Shown: positions 30,026 through 35,349 of the stretch, piece by piece | Position numbering within the stretch: position 1 is the stretch's first letter | How the letters are laid out: every line of letters begins with the position of its first letter | Source of the DNA: an uncultured Ectothiorhodospiraceae bacterium | GTDB lineage: Bacteria > Pseudomonadota > Gammaproteobacteria > HK1 | DNA: 35,349 nucleotides | Assembly: GCA_964608875.1 (NCBI GenBank) | Contig: CAZSPS010000426.1 | Span: 1-35,349, forward strand | Direction: 5' to 3' | Position numbers and translations under genes: made by a program | Notes under the pieces: generated by a model | The model's input: the letters and a program-made list of their open reading frames with translations, nothing else | Told to the model about the DNA's origin: nothing | Databases searched by the model: none

Positions 30026-30048
30026 GCCGGGGGCGGCCGCCGCCCGGC
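30026..30048 (+). terminator. GC-rich bulged hairpin after petC, possible terminator of the long co-directional gene run
   Basis: 30026-30031 'gccggg' pairs with 30043-30048 'cccggc', and 30032-30034 pairs with 30039-30041 with one bulge. It starts 8 nt after the petC stop and is followed by the pyrimidine-rich 'ctctcccttc'. There is no clean U tract. Confidence 0.35.
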
Positions 30049-30156
30049 CTCTCCCTTCGCGGCGGCGCCGTGAGCCGGGAGGGCGCCGCACGGCGGATCG
30101 CCGCGGCCCAGGCGGACCCGGACGACTTCGGTCCGCGGCTCGGCCGGGGGGCCGTC

Positions 30157-30747
30157 ATGTCCCTCTATTGCGCACCGGCGGACCCGCTGGGCCACGCGGT
30201 GCGGGTGGTGCTGGCCGAGAAGGCGGTGAGCGTCGACCTCTTCTCCAGCGACGAAAAGCCCGAGGACGTGCTCGCGCGCGACCCCTACGACTCGAGCCTG
30301 GCCCTGGTGGACCGGGACCTCGTGCTGTACGAGGTCCAGATCGTCCTGGAGTACCTGGACGAACGCTTTCCCCATCCCCCCCTGATGCCGGTCGACCCGG
30401 TGGCGCGCGCCAACGGCCGGCTGTTCCGCCACCGTTTCCAGCACGACCTGTACGGGCTCGTCGGGACGATCGAGGGCGGCGCCCGCGGCCAGGCCGAGCG
30501 CGCCCGCAAGCAGTTGCGCGACCATCTCACCGCCATCTCGCAGATCTTCGAGCGCGGCCGTTTCTTCATGTCGGACGAGTATTCGCTCGTGGACTGTTGC
30601 CTGGCCCCGGTCCTGTGGCGCCTCCCGCACCTGGGGGTCAAGCTGCCGCCGGCGCGCAGCCGGGGCCTGCTCGCCTACGCCGAGCGGTTGTTCGAGCGCG
30701 AGGCGTTCGAGAGGAGCCTCACCGAGCTCGAAGAGGAAATGCGCTGA
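30157..30747 (+). CDS. sspA: stringent starvation protein A (GST-like)
   Basis: 'HAVRVVLAEKAVSV......PEDVL...P..S...LVDRDLVLYE.QIVLEYLDERFPHPPLMPV.PVAR' is nearly colinear with E. coli SspA. ATG at 30157 is preferred, but the ORF is open back to 30070. Confidence 0.9.
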   Translation: MSLYCAPADPLGHAVRVVLAEKAVSVDLFSSDEKPEDVLARDPYDSSLALVDRDLVLYEVQIVLEYLDERFPHPPLMPVDPVARANGRLFRHRFQHDLYGLVGTIEGGARGQAERARKQLRDHLTAISQIFERGRFFMSDEYSLVDCCLAPVLWRLPHLGVKLPPARSRGLLAYAERLFEREAFERSLTELEEEMR

Positions 30748-31133
30748 CCTCCCACCGCCCCTACCTCATCCGCGCCACCTACGAATGGATCGTGGACAAC
30801 GCGCTGACCCCCCACCTGCTGGTCAAGGCGGAGGGGGACGGGGTGCGGGTGCCGGCGGAGTTCGTCCAGGACGGCCGCATCGTGCTCGGCATCGCTCCGG
30901 ACGCGGTGCGCGGCCTTGAGCTCGGCAACGACTTCATCGCCTTCGGCGCGCGCTTCGGCGGACGGCACTTCGACGTGTGCGTGCCGGTGGGGTGCGTGCT
31001 CGCGGTCTACGCCCGCGAGAACGGCCGGGGCATCGCGCTCGCGGAGGAAGAGGAAGAGCCGCCGCAGGCGCCTCCCCCGGCGGACGCTCCCCCCAAGGGC
31101 GGCGGCCGGCCCCGGCTGCGGGTGGTCAGCTAG
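30744..31133 (+). CDS. sspB: ClpXP specificity-enhancing factor SspB
   Basis: 'RPYLIRATYEWIVDNALTPHLLV' matches E. coli SspB 'RPYLLRAFYEWLLDNQLTPHLVV', and the acidic/Pro-rich linker and C-terminal 'RPRLRVVS' tail are present. No in-frame ATG/GTG/TTG precedes the motif. The only candidate start is CTG at 30744, so the start is uncertain. Confidence 0.8.
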   Translation: MTSHRPYLIRATYEWIVDNALTPHLLVKAEGDGVRVPAEFVQDGRIVLGIAPDAVRGLELGNDFIAFGARFGGRHFDVCVPVGCVLAVYARENGRGIALAEEEEEPPQAPPPADAPPKGGGRPRLRVVS

Positions 31134-31136
31134 CGC

Positions 31137-31754
31137 TCACCGCGGCGGCTCTTCGAACAGCCGGACGATGCGCCCGACCCCCGGGGTGGCGCGCACCACC
31201 TCCGTCACCGCTTCGACCTCCTCCCGGGTGAGGAGGCCCATCAGGAACGCCGTCCGGTTCTCGATCACGACCTTGACGTGCGTGCGGCCGGGCGCCGTCG
31301 AGGCGAGGAGGTTCGCCTTGACGCGGAGCTTCAGGCCGAAGTCCGCCAGCATCTCCGTCTCGGAGAGGGGAGGACCCACGGTCAGCTCGTCGTAGACCCT
31401 TCGCACCAGATCGATGCGCCCGGCCGCTTCGAGGGCCTTCTTCCTGTCCGCTTCGCCCGGCGCCTGGCCCGTGAGCAGTACCAGCCGGTTGTAGCTCGTG
31501 ACCTCGAGCCGGTAGCCGTCCCCGGTGAGGCCGGCCCCTCCGAGGGCGCCGCGCACGCCGCTCTCGATCACCGCGTCGTTCGCGATCGCGTTGACGGGCC
31601 GCCGGTCGTTGGCGCCGGCGGCCGTGCCCGTGACGACGGCGGTGCCCACCATCATCGCGCACCCGCCCAGCAGCAAGGAGGCGGCGAGCGCAGTGGCGCC
31701 CGCCAGCGCCGCCATCGGTCTCGCCGGGGAGGAGGGGGTCCGCATGGCCCCCAT
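31137..31754 (-). CDS. dolP: dual-BON-domain outer-membrane lipoprotein DolP (YraP)
   Basis: It has the lipobox 'LLLGGC' followed by two BON-like modules ('VTSYNRLVLLTGQAP', 'VKVVIENRTAFLMGLLT'). The start is ATG at 31754 or 31745. Confidence 0.8.
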   Translation of the reverse strand: MGAMRTPSSPARPMAALAGATALAASLLLGGCAMMVGTAVVTGTAAGANDRRPVNAIANDAVIESGVRGALGGAGLTGDGYRLEVTSYNRLVLLTGQAPGEADRKKALEAAGRIDLVRRVYDELTVGPPLSETEMLADFGLKLRVKANLLASTAPGRTHVKVVIENRTAFLMGLLTREEVEAVTEVVRATPGVGRIVRLFEEPPR

Positions 31755-31765
31755 GTTCTCACGGA

Positions 31766-32137
31766 TCAGGCGTCGAATGCATTCCGGCACCAGCGCACCT
31801 CCACCGCATCCGGGCCGCCGGTCACCGCCACCACGTCGAACCGGCAGGGCGGGGGGCGCCTCCACTTCCGCCGGCTCAGCCAGATCTCGGCGGTGCGCGC
31901 CAGCCGCGCCTGCTTGCGGCCGTCCACGCTCTCCTCCGGCGCCATGAGCGTCGCCCGGGCGCGCGAGCGGACCTCGACGAACACCACCTCCCCGCCGTCC
32001 TCCATGATGAGGTCGATCTCTCCGAAGCGCGAGCGGAAGTTGCGGGCCCTGCACACCAGCCCGCGGGCGGCGAGATGCCGGACCGCGACCTCCTCCGCCC
32101 ACCGGCCGCGGGCGTTGCGGTCCGGGCGCGGGCTCAC
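31766..32137 (-). CDS. yraN: YraN family (UPF0102) endonuclease-like protein
   Basis: GTG at 32137 overlaps the lpoA stop. 'GRWAEEVAVRHLAARGLVCRARNFRSRFGEIDLIMEDGGEVVFVEVRSR' is the UPF0102 core. Confidence 0.85.
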   Translation of the reverse strand: MSPRPDRNARGRWAEEVAVRHLAARGLVCRARNFRSRFGEIDLIMEDGGEVVFVEVRSRARATLMAPEESVDGRKQARLARTAEIWLSRRKWRRPPPCRFDVVAVTGGPDAVEVRWCRNAFDA

Positions 32138-33975
32138 GTCGCGGGCGCGATGGGAACGGGGACCCCGTCCCGGAACCGGGCGCGCGTCCTCTCGATGCGC
32201 ACGCGGGCGTCCGCCCCGACCGTCAGGCGCCCGGTGTGGCCCGGCAGCGCCTCGGAAGGACGGACCGCCATGCGGTGGACCCGCGCCTGCAGCAGGTAGG
32301 CGTCGGCCCCGAACGCGAAGTACCGGGTGAACCCCCCGCTCGCCTCCGGCCACAGGGTGACGACCCGCTCGTGCAGGTCGCGGTTCTTGCCGCCGGCGGG
32401 TTCGCCCAGCACCCAGGGCATGTCGTTGAAGACGACCCCGTCGAGGTCGGAGTCCTGCTGGGGCTCCGGTACCCCGGAGAAGACGTGCGAGGTCGCATAG
32501 ACGGGCAGGTCCGCCGCCCGGAAGAACTCGAACCGGGGCAGCAGCTGGCGCGCCTCGCGCGGGAAGCCGATGAGGAACACGAAGTCGAGATCGGTGCGCG
32601 GCTGCGGCTCGTGGACGAACTGGCGCCGGACGACGCCCCGCAGCCGCCGTGCGCGCTCCCGGCTCGACTCGAGGTCGAGCAGCTCCTCGACCGGCCGGGC
32701 CGCCGGGTCCGCGGCCACGGCGCGATAGAGCGAGACGGCCTCCACCGTCCCGCCCGCCGCCTTCCAGTCCTCGGAGAAGGCGCGCGCGATGCGTGCGCCC
32801 CAATCGGTGTCCGGCGCCAGCAGGCCGGCCCGCGAGTGGCCTTGCGACCGGGCCAGGGCCGCGACCTCGCGGGCCTCGTCCTCGGGCGAGAGCGCGAACT
32901 GGAACAGGGGGCGCGCCCCGTCCTTCCCGGCGGCCGGGCGCGGCGGCGCGTCGAGCGCGTTGAGGAGGAGGGCGGGGACGGAGCGTTCGGGCAGGGCCGC
33001 GATGCGGGCGATCGATTCCTTGCGCAGGGGTCCGACGACGAAGTCGGCGCCGCGGGCGGCGGCCGTGCGCCAGGCCGCCTCCGGCCCTTCGACCCCCGTG
33101 TCGTACACGGAGACGACGGGGCGCTTGCCCGGGTCGTCGTACCAGGCGGCGAGGAAGCCGTCGCGCACGGCGGAGGCGGCGGCGGCGAACGTGCCGGTGA
33201 GGGGCAGCAGGAGCGCGACGTGGCTCGGCGCCACGCCCTCGCGCCGCGCCTGGGCGAGGAGCCCCGCCACGATCGCGTCGTCGGCCGGATGGCCCGGATG
33301 GCGCCTGCGCCAGTCCCGCACCGCGGCCGAGAAGCCGGGGAAGTCGGCCCGGTGCTCGCGGGTGAGGCGTTCGAGCTCGAACCATCCGGCCGTACCCTCG
33401 GGCGGGCGCCGCAGCGCCTCGCCGGGGAGGGCGCGGACCATGCCCCACAGCGTCTCGCGGTTCTCGCCGGGCTCCGCCAGCCGGGTGTCGAGCGCCGCCC
33501 GGAAGCGGATCTCGTCCGTGGCGAGGCCCGCCTCGCGGGTGGCCCGCACCGCCAGCTCCAGCCCCGGGACCGGGGCGGGGAGGGCGAGCAGGTCCGCGAG
33601 CGGCGGCAGCTCCTCGAACGCGCCGAGGGCGTCTCCGTCGGCGAGGGCGATGCGCGTCAGCAGGAGGCTGCGCCGGGTCCGGCCGTCCGCGGCCAGCAGC
33701 GGCGGCGCGATGGCGTGCAGGGTCTCCCAGGCGCGCCCCGCGAGGCCCGCCCGCCACAGGGCGTCGGCGGCGTCGAGCCGGAGCCGTGCGGCCTCGTCCG
33801 GGGCCGCGTCCCCGGCGCGCGCGAGCCAGACCTCGGCGGCCTGCTCGAAACGCCCCTGCCGCACCAGCTCGCGCGGGTCACCTGCGGCCGGATCGGGCGG
33901 CGGCGACGCGCAGCCGGCCGCGGCCGCGAGCAGGGCGAAGAGGATGGTTCGTGATGCGCTTATCATGTCCGGCAC
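32134..33975 (-). CDS. lpoA: penicillin-binding protein activator LpoA
   Basis: The 613-aa protein has the lipobox 'LAAAAGC', an N-terminal TPR-like region and a C-terminal periplasmic-binding-protein-like domain. It sits in the conserved position divergent from rsmI and upstream of yraN. Confidence 0.85.
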   Translation of the reverse strand: MPDMISASRTILFALLAAAAGCASPPPDPAAGDPRELVRQGRFEQAAEVWLARAGDAAPDEAARLRLDAADALWRAGLAGRAWETLHAIAPPLLAADGRTRRSLLLTRIALADGDALGAFEELPPLADLLALPAPVPGLELAVRATREAGLATDEIRFRAALDTRLAEPGENRETLWGMVRALPGEALRRPPEGTAGWFELERLTREHRADFPGFSAAVRDWRRRHPGHPADDAIVAGLLAQARREGVAPSHVALLLPLTGTFAAAASAVRDGFLAAWYDDPGKRPVVSVYDTGVEGPEAAWRTAAARGADFVVGPLRKESIARIAALPERSVPALLLNALDAPPRPAAGKDGARPLFQFALSPEDEAREVAALARSQGHSRAGLLAPDTDWGARIARAFSEDWKAAGGTVEAVSLYRAVAADPAARPVEELLDLESSRERARRLRGVVRRQFVHEPQPRTDLDFVFLIGFPREARQLLPRFEFFRAADLPVYATSHVFSGVPEPQQDSDLDGVVFNDMPWVLGEPAGGKNRDLHERVVTLWPEASGGFTRYFAFGADAYLLQARVHRMAVRPSEALPGHTGRLTVGADARVRIERTRARFRDGVPVPIAPAT

Positions 33976-34008
33976 GTCCGCGGGAAAGTATTCGCCGAGA
34001 GGTGGGGC

Positions 34009-34968
34009 GTGTCAACGAGCGGAGCCGGGGGGCCGGGTCACGGGGGCGACGCGCGCGCCGAGGAGGGCGCCGCCCCGGGGACCCTGTACGTAGTCGCGAC
34101 CCCGATCGGCAACCTCGCCGACATGAGCGCCCGCGCGTGCGCCGTGCTGGCCGCAGTGGACGCGGTGCTCGCCGAGGACACCCGCCACACCGGACGGCTG
34201 CTCCGGCATCACGGCATCGAGGCGCGGCTCGAGTCGCTGCACGAGCACAACGAGCGCCGCCGCGTGCCGAAGCTCCTGGAGCGGCTCCTCGCGGGCGAGT
34301 CCTTCGCGCTGGTCTGCGATGCGGGGACGCCGCTGGTGAGCGACCCCGGCTACCTGCTGGTCGAGTCCTTCGCGCGGGCCGGGGGCACCCTGGCGCCGGT
34401 GCCGGGGCCGAGCGCCTTCCTGTGCGCGCTGTCCGTGGCGGGGCTGCCGACGGACCGGTTCGCCTTCGAGGGCTTCCTGCCGTCCGCGCCGGGCGCGCGC
34501 GCGGCGCGGCTCGAGGCGCTGGCCGACGACCCCCGGTCCCTCGTCTTCCACGAGGCGCCGCACCGGGTGGCCGCCGCCCTGGAGGCCATGCGCGCCGCCT
34601 TCGGGGACGGCCGGCGGGTGGTGCTCGCCCGCGAGCTGACCAAGCGCCACGAGTCGATCGTCCGCACCACCCTGGGCGAGGCGGCGGAGCGTCTCGGAGA
34701 GCCGCGGGGCGAGTACGTGATCGTGGCCGCGGGGCGGGCGAAGCGGGAGGCGGGCGAGCTCACGGCGCAGGCGGAGCGCACGCTCGGCGTTCTGCTCGAG
34801 GCCCTGCCGCTCCGCCAGGCCGTGGACCTCTCGGTGCGCATCACCGGGGCGCCCCGCAAGCCGCTCTACCGGCTCGCCCTCGCCCGCCGCCGCACCGGGG
34901 AAGGGGAGGAGGGCGGCGCGGACGGGGCGCCGCCGGCGACGGGCGGCGGTTGCGGCGAGGGGGCGTAG
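34009..34968 (+). CDS. rsmI: 16S rRNA (cytidine1402-2'-O)-methyltransferase
   Basis: 'GTLYVVATPIGNLADMSARA..VL..VD.VLAEDTRHTG.LL.HHGI' and 'ALV.DAGTPLVSDPGY.LV' are tetrapyrrole-methylase-fold RsmI motifs. The start is GTG at 34009. Confidence 0.92.
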   Translation: MSTSGAGGPGHGGDARAEEGAAPGTLYVVATPIGNLADMSARACAVLAAVDAVLAEDTRHTGRLLRHHGIEARLESLHEHNERRRVPKLLERLLAGESFALVCDAGTPLVSDPGYLLVESFARAGGTLAPVPGPSAFLCALSVAGLPTDRFAFEGFLPSAPGARAARLEALADDPRSLVFHEAPHRVAAALEAMRAAFGDGRRVVLARELTKRHESIVRTTLGEAAERLGEPRGEYVIVAAGRAKREAGELTAQAERTLGVLLEALPLRQAVDLSVRITGAPRKPLYRLALARRRTGEGEEGGADGAPPATGGGCGEGA

Positions 34969-34983
34969 TGGTGGAAACTCGGC

Positions 34984-35340
34984 GGGCGGGAGCCGGCCGG
35001 GCAGCCGCTGCGCCGCATCCCGCGGCGGGGAGGAAAGTCCGGGCTCCACAGGGCAGGGTGCCAGGTAACGCCTGGGGGGCGCGAGCCCACGGAAAGTGCC
35101 ACAGAAAACAAACCGCCCGCGCCTCGCGCGGGTAAGGGTGAAAAGGTGCGGTAAGAGCGCACCGCGCCGGTGGCAACACCGGTGGCAGGGTAAACCCCAC
35201 CCGGAGCAAGGCCAAATAGGGGAGCGTTCACGCGTGGCCCGCGCGGCTCCCGGGTAGGCCGCTCGAGGCGCGCGGCGACGCGCGTCCCAGATGAATGGCT
35301 GCTCTCGACAGAACCCGGCTTACAGGCCGGCTCCCGCACT
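34984..35340 (+). ncRNA. rnpB: RNase P RNA, bacterial type A
   Basis: The universally conserved blocks are present: 'GGAGGAAAGTCCGGGCTCCACAGGGCAGGGTGCCAGGTAACGCCTGGGG', 'GGAAAGTGCCACAGAAAACAAACCGCC', 'GGTAAGGGTGAAAAGGTGCGGTAAGAGCGCACCG', 'GGGTAAACCCCACCCGGAGCAAGGCCAAATAGG', 'CAGATGAATGGCTGC' and 'ACAGAACCCGGCTTA'. The P1 helix pairs 34986-34998 with 35324-35336 exactly. Confidence 0.95.
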
Positions 35341-35349
35341 TCCTTCCGG

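Noticed and set aside
30735-30750. A programmed -1 frameshift fusing SspA to SspB.
   Set aside because: There is no X-XXY-YYZ slippery heptamer or obvious downstream structure at the junction. Reinitiation at CTG is the simpler explanation.
32236-34093. Two long plus-strand ORFs (572 aa and 434 aa) opposite lpoA.
   Set aside because: They are low-complexity Arg/Ala/Ser/Pro strings. The minus strand encodes a lipobox-bearing LpoA in its conserved synteny context.

Overview
By eye this window is extremely GC-rich, well above 70%. It is almost wall-to-wall coding and looks like core chromosome from a sulfur-oxidising gammaproteobacterium. Two stretches match the gene order I recall from Pseudomonas-like Gammaproteobacteria: mlaFED(B)-ibaG-murA-hisGD, and petABC-sspAB-dolP-yraN-lpoA / rsmI-rnpB. 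I support 42 protein genes, tRNA-Glu(CUC), tRNA-Leu(CAA) and a complete type-A RNase P RNA. I see no CRISPR array, integrase, transposase, toxin-antitoxin pair or recognisable defence island. Because of the GC content, every frame carries long Arg/Pro/Gly-rich ORFs; I rejected these wherever a motif-bearing gene lies on the opposite strand. The most unusual locus is 6080-11282. It holds a stand-alone dsrEFH-dsrC-dsrMK cluster with no dsrAB upstream and no dsrLJOP downstream. That cluster sits head-to-head with a radical SAM gene of unknown function whose C-terminus carries a ...YCCAEP... tail. Other points worth a second look:
- a minimal S24-peptidase-like protein whose catalytic Lys position is Arg
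- a 12-mer present three times in the TauE/CmcJ divergent promoter region
- an mla operon with no mlaC, and a yra cluster with no diaA
- hslR and sspB with no ATG/GTG start where one is expected
- very tight packing: ten 4-nt start/stop overlaps, and 16 co-directional genes with no gap above 46 nt

All homology calls come from reading motifs in the supplied translations. No database search was run.
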